NCBI GenBank assembly: GCA_945870505.1
Contig: CAMBSN010000003.1
Span: 824-64,823 of the forward strand
Direction of reading: 5' to 3'
Source: Candidatus Kuenenia stuttgartensis
GTDB taxonomy: Bacteria > Planctomycetota > Planctomycetia > Pirellulales > UBA1268
DNA length: 64,000 nt
A program made the position numbers and the translations under genes. Of this stretch, positions 25,450 through 37,307 are shown in pieces. The notes beneath the pieces were generated by a model. It had not been told where the DNA came from, searched no databases, and saw only the letters and a list, made by a program, of their open reading frames with translations. The first letter of the stretch is position 1. Each line of letters begins with the position of its first letter.

Positions 25450-26385
25450 ATGGTCCACTGGTCGACCGGCTTTCCAGGAGCAGAACTGGTCCTGATCGCG
25501 ATGGCATTCGCGTGGGGGGCGATTCTCGGCAGTTTCGTCAATGTGGTGATTCACCGTGTGCCGCGGAGAGAGTCGGTCGTCACCCATGGGTCGCGGTGCC
25601 CGGCGTGCGGTGCCGCCATTCGCCCTCGCGACAACATTCCGATTCTCGGCTGGCTGCTCCTCGGGGGCCGCTGCCGCGACTGCGGAGCGACGATCTCTGC
25701 GGGCTACCCGGCAATCGAAGCCGGCTGCGGTGTGATCGCGGCGATCATCGCTACCGCCGAGCTTGCGGGCATGGGGTCGCCCCTGCTGGCTGCCACCCGA
25801 CCGGGGATCGACCGACTGCTTTCCGGCGAGTGGCGGATCGCGTTGGCATGGGCGCTGCACACGGTGATCCCGGTGGCGATGCTGGCGTGGAGCCTCACGG
25901 CCTGCATGGCCACGGCCGTCGGTGAACGCCCCGCGGCGGGCGGCCACGGCGCCGATGGCTGCCATGCGGCCGCACCGCTGGTGGCCGTCGTGATTGCAAC
26001 GGTGACGGCCGTCCCCTCGGTCGGTCCACCCGGCTTCTTCATCGACGGCGGTTCCCCGGGGAGCCTGCATGGTTGGCAGGCGGCCCTCGTGGCCTCCTGT
26101 CTGGGCGCGGTGGCGGGGAGACTCGCGGGAGCAATCACGGCTCTGCCGGGCGACCGCTGTGGCCTCGCGGCCTTCGGGGCGGCAGCCGGATGGCAGGCTG
26201 TAGTGGTTGCGATGGTGGTGACGACGGGCATGAGGCTGCTTCTCGCCCTGATGGGGCCTCAGGGACTGGTCGCGCGAGTGGCGGCCGCGGCTGCCCCCGC
26301 AGTCGCGTCCACGGGCTTCTTTGCGACCTGGACACTGCTCGCGCGAGCCTGGGCTGAGTGCTGGCAAAATCTGGTGCCGGGGTGA
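25450..26385 (+). CDS. Prepilin peptidase A24-like protein (N-terminal Cys-pair domain clear)
   Basis: GSFVNVVIHRVP, SRCPAC, DNIPILGW, GRCRDC, YPAIE. Confidence 0.8.
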   Translation: MVHWSTGFPGAELVLIAMAFAWGAILGSFVNVVIHRVPRRESVVTHGSRCPACGAAIRPRDNIPILGWLLLGGRCRDCGATISAGYPAIEAGCGVIAAIIATAELAGMGSPLLAATRPGIDRLLSGEWRIALAWALHTVIPVAMLAWSLTACMATAVGERPAAGGHGADGCHAAAPLVAVVIATVTAVPSVGPPGFFIDGGSPGSLHGWQAALVASCLGAVAGRLAGAITALPGDRCGLAAFGAAAGWQAVVVAMVVTTGMRLLLALMGPQGLVARVAAAAAPAVASTGFFATWTLLARAWAECWQNLVPG

Positions 26386-26473
26386 TTTTTGCACCCCCCT
26401 GTTCCGGCCACATGATTTCGTGTCAAACGGTGTGTATAGTTGGAGCATTCCGCCGGGGCGCGACTGAAACCGT

Positions 26474-27685
26474 ATGTCTTTTCCTTCACCCATTCTGCCG
26501 GCGAATCGGTCGCCTCGTCCGCAGTCGACACCAGATGTCGCCGCACAGCAGGCGGCTGTCAACACGGCGGTCGAAGACGAAGGCCTGCTTCAGGGGGCCA
26601 TGCGGCGGGCTCGTGAGTTTGTGGCCGACATGCGGCTGCCCGAGCAGCGGCTACCGTGGATCTTGGTCGGCGTCCTCTTGGCGCTGCTCTTCTACAGCTA
26701 CTGGCCAAGCCTCGTGCAGTTGCCATCGTTCTGGGACAACCCGCAGTACCAGCACGGCTGGATCGTGCCGGTGTTCACCTGCCTCCTGCTCTTCTGGTGG
26801 CGAAAACCGGTGGGGCCGGTCACGCCGACGGCGCGTGCCGCGGGCATCGGCCTGCTGGTGGCGAGCTTCGCGCTGCGGCTGTTCTGCGCGAGTTATCGCA
26901 TCGTGACGATCGACATGTACACGTTTGTGCCGGCGGTGATGGGCGTGTTTCTGCTGGCCGGTGGCTGGAGCATGTTCCGCTGGTCCTGGGCTCCGCTCGC
27001 CAGCCTGATTTTCATGTACCCGCTGCCCGACGAAGCAACCCGCTACCTCTTGGGGCCGTTGCAGACTGTGGCGACTATCGTCAGCACCTACACCTTGCAG
27101 ACGATCGGGCTTGATGCGTACCGCGACGGTAATCGGATCATCCTTGGCGATGGCCAAGTCCTTGGCGTGGTCGATGCCTGCAGCGGCCTGAAGATGCTCA
27201 CGATCTTCGTCTGGTTGGCGGCCATGCTCATGCTGGTTGGTGGTCTCGAGTGGTGGGAGAACGTGGCGATCGCGGCGAGCGCGATCCCGATCGCCCTGGT
27301 CTGCAATGCCTTCCGAATCACCACGGTGGGTGTGATGTACAACTACAAGATGTCGATCGCCGAGCACTTCCACGATAGCACTCCAGCGGCGATGCTGATG
27401 ATGCTCCTGGCCGTAGGTTTCCTCGTCTTGGAGATGAAGATCCTCTCGTACCTCGTGGTTACGGAGGATCTCACGCCGACGATGATGGCATCGGGTCAGC
27501 GACCGTCCCCGCCGCTGAGCAACCGAGCGGGCCCGGCCGTCCAGCCACTGGCGGCGGCACCGCGGCCGATGACGCCCGCCGCAGCGGCCCGGCAATCGGG
27601 TGCGTTTCCCTCGATTCCATCCGGAAATAGTGCGGAGTCGAGGCCGAACTTGCCGCCGCGTGATGGCGACAAAAATTTGGGGTAA
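26474..27685 (+). CDS. Exosortase/archaeosortase family protein
   Basis: YQHGWIVP, VVDACSGLKML (Cys), NAFRI (Arg), HFHD (His); multi-TM. Confidence 0.88.
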   Translation: MSFPSPILPANRSPRPQSTPDVAAQQAAVNTAVEDEGLLQGAMRRAREFVADMRLPEQRLPWILVGVLLALLFYSYWPSLVQLPSFWDNPQYQHGWIVPVFTCLLLFWWRKPVGPVTPTARAAGIGLLVASFALRLFCASYRIVTIDMYTFVPAVMGVFLLAGGWSMFRWSWAPLASLIFMYPLPDEATRYLLGPLQTVATIVSTYTLQTIGLDAYRDGNRIILGDGQVLGVVDACSGLKMLTIFVWLAAMLMLVGGLEWWENVAIAASAIPIALVCNAFRITTVGVMYNYKMSIAEHFHDSTPAAMLMMLLAVGFLVLEMKILSYLVVTEDLTPTMMASGQRPSPPLSNRAGPAVQPLAAAPRPMTPAAAARQSGAFPSIPSGNSAESRPNLPPRDGDKNLG

Positions 27686-27765
27686 ACTTAAGGTATCTTC
27701 AGTTGGGCCGAAGCGCTGCGAGTCTTCGGTCGATGGGCCGTGTAGTCCGTGAATAGTTAAAACAC

Positions 27766-30018
27766 ATGAGCGAGTCCGGTACACCCATGGACGGATCGTC
27801 TTCCGCGGCAACGGCTACCGCTGGTTCGGGTGCCGGTATGCTTGCGCCGATCCGCGACACGGTGCTGTCACCGCTGGGCGCGCCATCGTCCGCGGGGCCG
27901 TATGCCGGAATCGCCGACCCGCTCTCGGGCGGCATCGACTACCGGCGGGTGTGGCATGCATTCCGCCGCCGCTGGCTGCCGGCGACCGCACTGGCGCTCA
28001 CGCTCGGCACCCTCGCCGGCATCCTCACCTTTCTTTTCCTGCCCCGCGGCTACGAGGCCGTGGCGTGGCTTCGCGTCCGCGACAAGTCGGGCATGTTCGG
28101 CGTCGGCGGCGGCCGCGATAACGCGGAATACGAAGCCTACCGGAAGACGCAGGTGCAACTCATCAAGAGTCCTTTCGTGCTCACCTCTGCCATTCGCCGC
28201 CCGGGTATCTCCGGGCTTTCGATACTGACCGACGAGGATGATCCCGTCGGCTATTTGGTGCGCAACGTGCAGGTTTCGGCTCCGATGGAGTCGGAAGTCG
28301 TGCAGGTTCGCATGCGCAGCGAAAATGCCAAAGAGGTGACCCAAGTCGTCAACGCGGTTACGAACGCCTACCTCACAGACGTCGTCAACAAGGAGAAGTC
28401 GGAACGTCTCCAGCGACGCGATAACCTGGAGCGGAAGTACAAGGAAAACATGGCCGAGGTACGGGCCAGCCTCGAGACCTACAACAATCTCGCCAAGTCC
28501 CTCGGCACCGCCGACAGCGCCGAGGTCGCCACGCAGAGGAGCCTTCTGCTCGATCACTTGGGCACGCTCCGGGCTCAACTCAACCAGACGCAGCGCGATC
28601 TGACTCTCATCGACGCCGAACTGGCGATCATGGATGCCAAGGATCGCGGCGAGATTTCGCTCGAGCAGTCGGTTCCGGAGGAGACGGTCGACGCGTTGCT
28701 GCTCCGCGATCCCGAGTTTGCCGAACTCCGGGAGCGGCTGTCGGGCATCGAGGAGTCGATGGCCTATCAGGGCGAGCGAAGCGCCCGGGGTGGCAACGAT
28801 CCGGCGGTGAGGCGGCTCGAGGCGATGCGCGACGCGATGGTCAAGCGACTCGAAGATCGCAAGGAAGACCTCCGCCCGCAAGTTGTGGCCCAACTCTCCA
28901 TGGATTCGTCTGCCCGCCGCACCGGCGCCGCGGCCGAGAGCCCCGTGGTCCTGCGGATGCGACGGGAAATCCTCTCGCAACAACTCGAGCAGACGACGAA
29001 GGATTTCGACCGGGTCGCCACCGAGGTGAAGGCCCTCGGAGCTGCCAATGCGGACCTGATGGCCCGCAAGCAAGAGATCGAGCAGCTCATGAAGGTCACT
29101 GACCAGATGGGTGTGCAGCTCAACGCGACCGAGATTGACGTGAACATGCCAAACCGCGTGGAGCTCATCGAAGAGGCAAGCGTGCCCGAGGGTAGCGACG
29201 ATCTGTTTCGCACGATGCTTTCAAGCCTCGCGGCACTCGCCGGCCTTGTGCTAGGCGGCGGCACCGTTGTGCTCTTCGAGTATCTCCGAGACCGGCTCAG
29301 CGTCCCCGAGGAGGTCTCCCAGCGGGTCGGCCTGCGGGTGATCGGCACGCTGCCACGGATTTCGCGTTCGCGGCGTCGGCCGAACGACGGGCACGTGGCG
29401 GAGTGCGTCGATGGCATCCGTGCCGTCGTCAGCCAGACCGGCCGCGAGTCTCCGAAGGTGATTCTCGTCACCAGTGCTGTCGAGCACGAAGGCAAGACCA
29501 CTTTCGCGGCCCAACTCGCCGCGAGCCTCGCCCGGTCAGGCAAGCGCACCCTGCTGCTCGACGGCGACCTGCGTCATCCGAACGTCCATCTTGCCCTCGG
29601 CCTCGATCTTCGGGCGGGCCTGCCGGAACTGCTTCGCGGCGAGATTTCGGCTGATGAGGCGGTGCAGCCCACTTCCATCGACGGCCTGTTCGCGGTCACC
29701 GGCGGGGCGTGCGACTACGCAGCAATCACCGCACTCTCCCGCCCCGAGTCGGCGGCCATCATCAAGGGCTTTCGCGAGTCGTTCGACCACATCGTGATCG
29801 ATGCCGGTCCGGTGCTTGCGTTTGCCGACGTGCTTCTCCTCGGCCAGCTCAGCGATATCGCCATTGTGGCAACGATGCGGGATGTGAGCCGTGTGCCGCA
29901 GGTGAACAGTGCCGTCGATCGGCTCCGCTCGGTCGGCATTCGCGTTCTCGGCACGGTGGTCAATGGGGTGTCCGACTCCGCTCCTCGGCGACTCTACGCG
30001 TCGCCCGCTCCGGTCTGA
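27766..30018 (+). CDS. Polysaccharide chain-length/tyrosine autokinase (Wzc-like)
   Basis: Two TMs around a coiled coil; TSAVEHEGKTT, LLLDGDLRHP, IVIDAGPVL. Confidence 0.88.
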   Translation: MSESGTPMDGSSSAATATAGSGAGMLAPIRDTVLSPLGAPSSAGPYAGIADPLSGGIDYRRVWHAFRRRWLPATALALTLGTLAGILTFLFLPRGYEAVAWLRVRDKSGMFGVGGGRDNAEYEAYRKTQVQLIKSPFVLTSAIRRPGISGLSILTDEDDPVGYLVRNVQVSAPMESEVVQVRMRSENAKEVTQVVNAVTNAYLTDVVNKEKSERLQRRDNLERKYKENMAEVRASLETYNNLAKSLGTADSAEVATQRSLLLDHLGTLRAQLNQTQRDLTLIDAELAIMDAKDRGEISLEQSVPEETVDALLLRDPEFAELRERLSGIEESMAYQGERSARGGNDPAVRRLEAMRDAMVKRLEDRKEDLRPQVVAQLSMDSSARRTGAAAESPVVLRMRREILSQQLEQTTKDFDRVATEVKALGAANADLMARKQEIEQLMKVTDQMGVQLNATEIDVNMPNRVELIEEASVPEGSDDLFRTMLSSLAALAGLVLGGGTVVLFEYLRDRLSVPEEVSQRVGLRVIGTLPRISRSRRRPNDGHVAECVDGIRAVVSQTGRESPKVILVTSAVEHEGKTTFAAQLAASLARSGKRTLLLDGDLRHPNVHLALGLDLRAGLPELLRGEISADEAVQPTSIDGLFAVTGGACDYAAITALSRPESAAIIKGFRESFDHIVIDAGPVLAFADVLLLGQLSDIAIVATMRDVSRVPQVNSAVDRLRSVGIRVLGTVVNGVSDSAPRRLYASPAPV

Positions 30019-30071
30019 TCGTCGCCTTGCCGAGGGGTGCCGAATCCCCTGCCCCAGGAACCTGAATCGCC

Positions 30072-30923
30072 ATGAAGTCTTCGGCTTCGGGAATGCTCAC
30101 GCTGGCAGGCACGGTGGCGCTTGTGCTTGGCGTCACAGTCGCCCAGGGTTTTCTGACGGAGCGATGGAAAGACAAGAGCGTCTCCAAGGATCTCCAGGAG
30201 GCCGCCAAGCTCCTCGAGGAGCGATTCCCCAAGTCGTTCGGTGGCTGGGAACTCGAACGGGAACTCGAGGCAGATCCGAAGGAACTTGAGCGGGCCGGAG
30301 CGGTGGGCCACATCTCGCGGCTCTACCGCAACTCTCGTTCGAAGGCACGGGTCTCAGCCTTCGTCGTCTGTGCCCGTCCACACGACGCCTCCGGCCACAC
30401 TCCCGACCGCTGCTATCCCGGTGCCGGATTCGAGATTGGCGAGGCGGAGCACCGCCAGAAGATGCAGCTCTCGGACGGTCGCGAGGCGGAAACCTTTACC
30501 GGCACGTTCCGCAAAACCGGGCAGACGCTTCGCATCTTCTGGACGTACGGCATCCGCGACGAGGCCGAGATCGACAAGGAGAATGTGACGGCCCGCCGCA
30601 ACTGGATTGCGCCGCAGATCGCCCGCATCGCGCTCGTGCATGAGCCCGCCGTCTACAAGCTCTACGCCATCGTTGACGAGACGCGGCTCACCAGTTCGCA
30701 GGCGATGGTGGAGTGCGAGGATTTCATCTCCCAACTCCTGCCCCTGCTGGACACGGCGATTGCCGGCACTGAGGCCGAATCGCCGGCTGCCAGCCCAGCG
30801 GCCGAGGACGACCAGCCGGAGAAGCCCGCCGCCCGTGCACCAGAGTCTGCCGCGGGGGCTGAGACCGCTGCCCCGGGCGGGTTTATCCCGTTGACCCTTG
30901 GGGTCTGCCGCTGTCGCGGATAA
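30072..30923 (+). CDS. Exosortase-associated EpsI-family protein
   Basis: N-terminal [18 protein letters not shown]; position in exosortase locus. Confidence 0.8.
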   Translation: MKSSASGMLTLAGTVALVLGVTVAQGFLTERWKDKSVSKDLQEAAKLLEERFPKSFGGWELERELEADPKELERAGAVGHISRLYRNSRSKARVSAFVVCARPHDASGHTPDRCYPGAGFEIGEAEHRQKMQLSDGREAETFTGTFRKTGQTLRIFWTYGIRDEAEIDKENVTARRNWIAPQIARIALVHEPAVYKLYAIVDETRLTSSQAMVECEDFISQLLPLLDTAIAGTEAESPAASPAAEDDQPEKPAARAPESAAGAETAAPGGFIPLTLGVCRCRG

Positions 30924-30982
30924 CCTCTCTGGCTCGCGGCCCGCGCTGGATAGGGCGGACATCACCCGGGAGTGAGAATGAC

Positions 30983-32035
<1,053 letters not shown>

Positions 32036-32039
32036 CCTC

Positions 32040-33011
32040 ATGGCAACGGCAGGATCACGCCTCATGATGAATCTTGCGAGCCAGCGGATCGTCGTCACCG
32101 GCGGAGCAGGCTTCCTCGGAAAGGCCGTGACCCGCGTGCTCCGTGACCGGGGCGTGCCCGACGCAAGTATCGTCGTGCCCCGCCGCCGTGACTTCGACCT
32201 TACGGTCGAGGCTGACGTTGCCCGGCTCTATGAGGTAGCCCAGCCAGATGTGGTGATCCACCTCGCGGCGGAGGTGGGGGGCATCGGAGCCAACATGGCC
32301 CACCCCGGAAGGTTTTTCTACGCCAACATGGCGATGGGCCTCCACCTCGTGGAGCACGCCCGCCGCGTCGGCCTGAGGAAGTTCGTCCACACGGGTACCG
32401 TCTGCGCGTACCCCAAGCACTGCCCCGTCCCGTTCCAAGAGGACGATATCTGGAACGGCTACCCGGAGGAGACGAACGCCCCCTACGGTGTCGCCAAGAA
32501 GGCCATCTTCGTGATGCTCGACGGCTACCGCCGTGAGTACGGCCTCGCCAGCGCCGTGGCCTTGCCGGTGAACCTCTATGGCCCCGCTGACAACTTTGAT
32601 CCGGCGTCAAGCCACGTGATCCCGGCCTTAATCCGCAAGTGCGAGGAAGCCCGGTTGGCCGGAGCCCCGGAGGTGGTCTGCTGGGGCACGGGATCGGCGA
32701 CCCGGGAGTTCCTCTATGTCGATGACGCCGCGGAGGGAATCGTCCGTGCCGCGGAGGTGATGGACGAACCCGTGCCAATCAACCTCGGCGGCGGCATCGA
32801 GATCGCGATCCGCGACCTGATGACAAAGATCGCCGCGGCTTGCGATTATCGAGGCCGGGTCGTGTGGGACACCACGAAGCCCGACGGCCAGCCCCGCCGC
32901 GGCCTCGACATCTCTCGCGCCAAGTCGCTCCTGGGGTGGGCGCCGAAGCAGGAATTCGACGCCGGCCTGAAGGCCACCGTCGAGTGGTGGCGGGTCCACG
33001 GCCGGTCCTGA
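32040..33011 (+). CDS. fcl: GDP-L-fucose synthase
   Basis: VTGGAGFLG, HLAAEVGGIGAN, YGVAKK, SSHVIPALI, KPDGQPRR. Confidence 0.94.
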   Translation: MATAGSRLMMNLASQRIVVTGGAGFLGKAVTRVLRDRGVPDASIVVPRRRDFDLTVEADVARLYEVAQPDVVIHLAAEVGGIGANMAHPGRFFYANMAMGLHLVEHARRVGLRKFVHTGTVCAYPKHCPVPFQEDDIWNGYPEETNAPYGVAKKAIFVMLDGYRREYGLASAVALPVNLYGPADNFDPASSHVIPALIRKCEEARLAGAPEVVCWGTGSATREFLYVDDAAEGIVRAAEVMDEPVPINLGGGIEIAIRDLMTKIAAACDYRGRVVWDTTKPDGQPRRGLDISRAKSLLGWAPKQEFDAGLKATVEWWRVHGRS

Positions 33012-33079
33012 CTCGGAGCGGACGTGCTGCGTGCACGCCTCACACCGTCAGGCGTGAGGCGCATCGAAGCGGGACCGCA

Positions 33080-35500
33080 TCACTCCCCAACGGGTTCGAG
33101 GGCGCCATGGCCGAGGATGAACTTCCTCGTGCCGGCCGGGCCATCGAAGATCACCGTACCGATCGATCGTGGGCCGCTGCCGCTGATCCCGGCGATCACG
33201 CCCTCGCCGTATTCGGCGTGTCGCACCCGCTGCCCCTTCGCATACTCGCGCCGCGGCTTTCCTTCGCCGGCCATCCGCAGCGCCAGATCGGTGGCCCGCT
33301 CGATCGCCGCCTCGAAGCCCCGCCGCCGTCGTGGCGACGGTGGGGGCGGCAGCGACTCATCCTGCGAATCGTCGAGGTCGACCGTAAGACCGTCGCGACG
33401 CACCGCTGAGGTCCGCGGCCGCGGTTCGTTCTGCACGACATCTTCGAAGTCCTCAGCTTGCCGTGCCGCAGCGTCGCCGAAGGGATCGAAGTCGGCATCC
33501 CGCGGCGCCTCAGTGCCCACGACCACCGTTTCGGAACCCTGCATTTCGGCGAGAAACAGACTCGGTGCCGAGATTCGCCGCGTGCCACGGTAGTCCCGCA
33601 TTCGGGCACAGCTGGCGTGCACCTCCTCGCGGCCCCGCGTGATCCCTACGAACACGAGCCGCCGCTCCTCCTCGAGGTGCTCCGGACGGTCGAGGCTCCG
33701 TTCGTGCGGAAGGATGCCGTCCTCCATGGCAACGAGATACACGACCGGAAACTCCAGCCCCTTGGCGGCGTGGAGTGTCATCAGCGCCACGCGGTCGGCC
33801 GAGGCGTCCCAGGCATCGGCATCGGCGACGAGGGCCGTCGTCTCGAGGAATCCGCCAAGCGGATCGACGGCCTCCGGATCGGCCGCGGCCGCCGTGAAAC
33901 CATCGTCGAACTGACGGGCCGCGGTCACGAGTTCCTCCACGTTGGAGAGCCGGTCCTGCCCCTCTTCATCCTCGTCCTGCTCATCCGCGAGCATCGCGCG
34001 GTAGCCCGTGCGCTCGAGCACCGTCTCGAGGATCGCGGCAACCGACGATTCCTTACCGGCCGCGGCCGCCAGCTCAGCCACGAGCCGCGCAAACCCGGCA
34101 AACGCGGTCGCCGCCCGCTTCGGCATCCCGGGAATCGCCGCGGCGCTCGCCACTGCGTCGAGTCGCGTAGCCCCGTGGTCCTCAGCCCAGGCTGCGAGCC
34201 GGTCGAGCGACTGACGGCCGATCCCGCGAGGTGGCACGTTGACGACGCGCAGGAGAGCCTCGTCATCCCGCGGGTTGCGGAGTAATCGTAGCCACGCGAC
34301 CACGTCGCGGATCTCGCGTCGCTTGAAGAACTCGAGGCCGCGAACGAGCTGGTAGGAAACGCCCCGGGTCCGCAGGGCGATTTCGAACGAGCGGGAGAGC
34401 GCGTTGGCGCGGAAGAGAATCGCGAAATCCCGCGGCGCCCGGCGGCCTGCGAGCACGGCGGCGGTGATCTCTGAAGCAATTCGCTCAGCCTCCTCAAGGC
34501 CTGAGCCATCGAGCACAATTCGCACCGGCTCGCCGGGCCCCGCCGTGGTGACGAGTCGCTTGTGCTTCCGCTTGGAGTTGTGAGCGATCAGCCGATCGGC
34601 CGTCCCCAGGATGTTCGCCGTGCTGCGGTAATTGTCCTCCAGCTTGACGACCGTCGCAGTGGGATAGTCCCGCTCGAACTCGAGGATGTTGCGAATGCTC
34701 GCGCCCCGCCATCCGTAGATCGCCTGATCGGGATCGCCGGTCACGGCAAGGTGCGGGTGGTCGATCGACAGGCCACGGAGGATCGCGTACTGAACGGCGT
34801 TGGTGTCCTGATATTCGTCCACGAGGATGAAGCGGTGCCGGGCGTCGAGTTCACGGCGGAGGTCGGGATTCTCCGCGAGAACAGTGGCCACGTGCACGAG
34901 CAGATCATCGAAGTCGACCGCATTGGCCCGCACGAGCATCTGCTGATAGACCGGCCAGACCCGCAGCGCCAGATCATCGGCGGGCTTTCCCCAGCGGGGT
35001 TCGAACGTGGTCGGCGTGAGCAGGTCGTTCTTCGCCCGTGAGATGACCCCGGCGATGCGGTCGACCGGCGTGTGGGTGGCGGCGAGGCCGAGTGATTTCA
35101 CGGCTCGCTTGAGCGTGGCGGCCGCATCGTCGGGGTCGAGGATCGAGTAGTCACTCGTCAGCCCCACGAGCCGGGCGTGGCGGCGGATCAGTCGGGCAGC
35201 GAAGCGGTGGAACGTGCCCATCTCAACCGGCTGCGGCCCCACGAGGTCGGTCACCCGGTGCCGCATTTCGCTGGCCGCCTTGTTGGTGAAGGTCAGGGCC
35301 ACGATCCGCTCGGGTGGCACCCCCTCCGCAATCAGGTGGCCGATCCGTTGCGTGACCACGCGGGTCTTGCCGCTGCCAGGGCCTGCTAGCACAAGCAGCG
35401 GGCCCTCGACGTGGCTGGCAGCACGCCGCTGGGACTCGTTCAGGGAGGCAAAAGATGATGCTGGCACGGGTCTAGGACGGAAAAACCTGGCACTGGGCAA
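33080..35500 (-). CDS. pcrA: ATP-dependent DNA helicase UvrD/PcrA
   Basis: AGPGSGKT, VDEYQD, GDPDQAIY, NYRST, TLHAAKGLEF, EERRLVFVGITR, C-terminal GQRVRH..YGEG domain. Confidence 0.93.
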   Translation of the reverse strand: MPSARFFRPRPVPASSFASLNESQRRAASHVEGPLLVLAGPGSGKTRVVTQRIGHLIAEGVPPERIVALTFTNKAASEMRHRVTDLVGPQPVEMGTFHRFAARLIRRHARLVGLTSDYSILDPDDAAATLKRAVKSLGLAATHTPVDRIAGVISRAKNDLLTPTTFEPRWGKPADDLALRVWPVYQQMLVRANAVDFDDLLVHVATVLAENPDLRRELDARHRFILVDEYQDTNAVQYAILRGLSIDHPHLAVTGDPDQAIYGWRGASIRNILEFERDYPTATVVKLEDNYRSTANILGTADRLIAHNSKRKHKRLVTTAGPGEPVRIVLDGSGLEEAERIASEITAAVLAGRRAPRDFAILFRANALSRSFEIALRTRGVSYQLVRGLEFFKRREIRDVVAWLRLLRNPRDDEALLRVVNVPPRGIGRQSLDRLAAWAEDHGATRLDAVASAAAIPGMPKRAATAFAGFARLVAELAAAAGKESSVAAILETVLERTGYRAMLADEQDEDEEGQDRLSNVEELVTAARQFDDGFTAAAADPEAVDPLGGFLETTALVADADAWDASADRVALMTLHAAKGLEFPVVYLVAMEDGILPHERSLDRPEHLEEERRLVFVGITRGREEVHASCARMRDYRGTRRISAPSLFLAEMQGSETVVVGTEAPRDADFDPFGDAAARQAEDFEDVVQNEPRPRTSAVRRDGLTVDLDDSQDESLPPPPSPRRRRGFEAAIERATDLALRMAGEGKPRREYAKGQRVRHAEYGEGVIAGISGSGPRSIGTVIFDGPAGTRKFILGHGALEPVGE

Positions 35501-35630
35501 GGCGAGCGCGGGTGGTCTCGCCGAAGCGATGTAGTCGATTCAAAGCCGATTGGAGTATATTCATCGCTTGCTCGCTGGGCCTCACGCCCGGGCGGCCACA
35601 CATTACCTCGATTCGCACGGGAGGGACCCC

Positions 35631-35933
35631 ATGCCGCGAGTGCCATACAAAAACCTGATGCAGTCCGATGAAATGGCGGAGAAGCTCGAAATGAGCACGG
35701 CCGAGATCGGCCTCTCTGTTCGCACCACCAACTGCCTCGAGGAGAAGGGCATCTTCACGGTCCACGACCTGCTCAACTGCACACGGGCCGATCTGCTGTC
35801 GATCTCGAACTTCGGCGAGAAGACGCTCGAGGAGGTCTACAAGTCTCTCGAGAAGATCGGTTTTTTCCGTGTGCAGTCATCCTCGGGCGAGTTGGCCGTA
35901 CGGCAGCCGGAGGCGGCGGCCCGCTGCTCCTGA
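35631..35933 (+). CDS. Stand-alone RNA polymerase alpha-CTD domain protein
   Basis: LSVRTTNCL..KGIFTVHDLL...ISNFGEKTLEEV in a 100-aa ORF with no alpha-NTD. Confidence 0.85.
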   Translation: MPRVPYKNLMQSDEMAEKLEMSTAEIGLSVRTTNCLEEKGIFTVHDLLNCTRADLLSISNFGEKTLEEVYKSLEKIGFFRVQSSSGELAVRQPEAAARCS

Positions 35934-35966
35934 CCGGCTCCTGCCGAGGCGGCGAGGAGTTCACTG

Positions 35967-37307
35967 GTGAGATTCCCGCGGTTTTTCGGCAAGAAGCGCG
36001 GCCATCGCCGGACCGGCTCTCAGGCCTGGGCCTCGCTCGGTGACGCTGCGTTCCATGCAGCCCTGCTCATCGCGGGGATTGTTTTCGCAGGCCTGCTCCT
36101 CTCCGGCGTGGCGGTTCCGGAGTGGCGAATCAACCAGCACTTCCTGGCGACCGACTGCACGGTTCTGGGCAAGGGCCTTGTGCGACGGACTATCGTCGCT
36201 ACCGACCGAAGTAGTTCCTTTACATGGCAACCGTGCCTCCGCGTCCGCTACGAGGTGGCCGGCCGTTCGACGGAGTCGTGGAGCACTCCCTCCCGTAGCA
36301 CCACCGCGAGCGACCGGACGCGGGCGGTCGCCGCGCTGTCGGCCTGGAAGTTGGGCGACACCGTCCCGGGATGGTACGACCCCACGGCTCCCGCCACGGT
36401 CGTCCTGGAGCGGGGCTACAACTGGTGGATGTGGCTCCTCACGCTGCTGCTGCCCGGTGCGCTGGTCTCATTTGGCGGAATGGGCCTGGCCCGCGCGATC
36501 CGGCGATGGGGACGGTCGCAGGAGCGGTGCGCTGTGCCCTCCCGATTCTCCGATCTCCTCGATCCGCTCGCCGCCGGCCCGCGACAGGCGGCCGAGCATC
36601 CGGGGGTTCCGGCCTGCGATGACCTGGTCAACTCGCCGGGCACCGTTCTCGCCTACCGGCTCCCGATCGAGAGCGCAGACAACTGGACGCTCCTCGGCTT
36701 CGGACTATTCACCTTCCTCTGGAACTCGGTGCTGGCGGTCCTGGGCGTCGGGGCCGTCATCGACCTCCTCCGTGGAAAGATCGACTGGCTCCTTCTCACG
36801 CTGCTCGTTCCGTTCGCCGCCGTCGGCGTCGCCAGCCTGGTCCTGTTTATCAGGCGGGGGCTGCTCGCGACGGCCGTGGGACCGACACAGCTTGAGATCT
36901 CAGCCCAGCCGCTCCGCCCGGGTGGCAGGTACGAGGTGCTGCTTGCTCAGGGAGGGTCGGGAACGCTCGATTCGCTGCGGCTGGCGTTGACCCTCGAGGA
37001 GCAGGCCACCTTCACGCAAGGCACCGACACCCGCACCGAGCGGATGACCGTCTGGGCCCACGATATTCGGACCTGGGTCGACCTTCAGCTCACGCCCGGC
37101 GCACGGTTCGAGGCCCGAGAGGCATTCACGCTCCCGGCCGGTGCGATGCACTCGTTCGCGTCCGAGCACAACGCGGTCCGGTGGAGCATTGCCGTGCATG
37201 GCCAGCCCGCGGGCTGGCCGGGTTTTGTCCGCACGTTCCCGCTCGTTATCTTTCCGGCCGAGCCGGCGATCGACAACGCTGGCCTGCGGCGGGAGGCTTT
37301 CCCATGA
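35967..37307 (+). CDS. DUF3592-like membrane protein
   Basis: TM, VRYEV, GDTVPGWYDP..P..VVL, further TMs, beta-rich C-terminus. Confidence 0.7.
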   Translation: MRFPRFFGKKRGHRRTGSQAWASLGDAAFHAALLIAGIVFAGLLLSGVAVPEWRINQHFLATDCTVLGKGLVRRTIVATDRSSSFTWQPCLRVRYEVAGRSTESWSTPSRSTTASDRTRAVAALSAWKLGDTVPGWYDPTAPATVVLERGYNWWMWLLTLLLPGALVSFGGMGLARAIRRWGRSQERCAVPSRFSDLLDPLAAGPRQAAEHPGVPACDDLVNSPGTVLAYRLPIESADNWTLLGFGLFTFLWNSVLAVLGVGAVIDLLRGKIDWLLLTLLVPFAAVGVASLVLFIRRGLLATAVGPTQLEISAQPLRPGGRYEVLLAQGGSGTLDSLRLALTLEEQATFTQGTDTRTERMTVWAHDIRTWVDLQLTPGARFEAREAFTLPAGAMHSFASEHNAVRWSIAVHGQPAGWPGFVRTFPLVIFPAEPAIDNAGLRREAFP

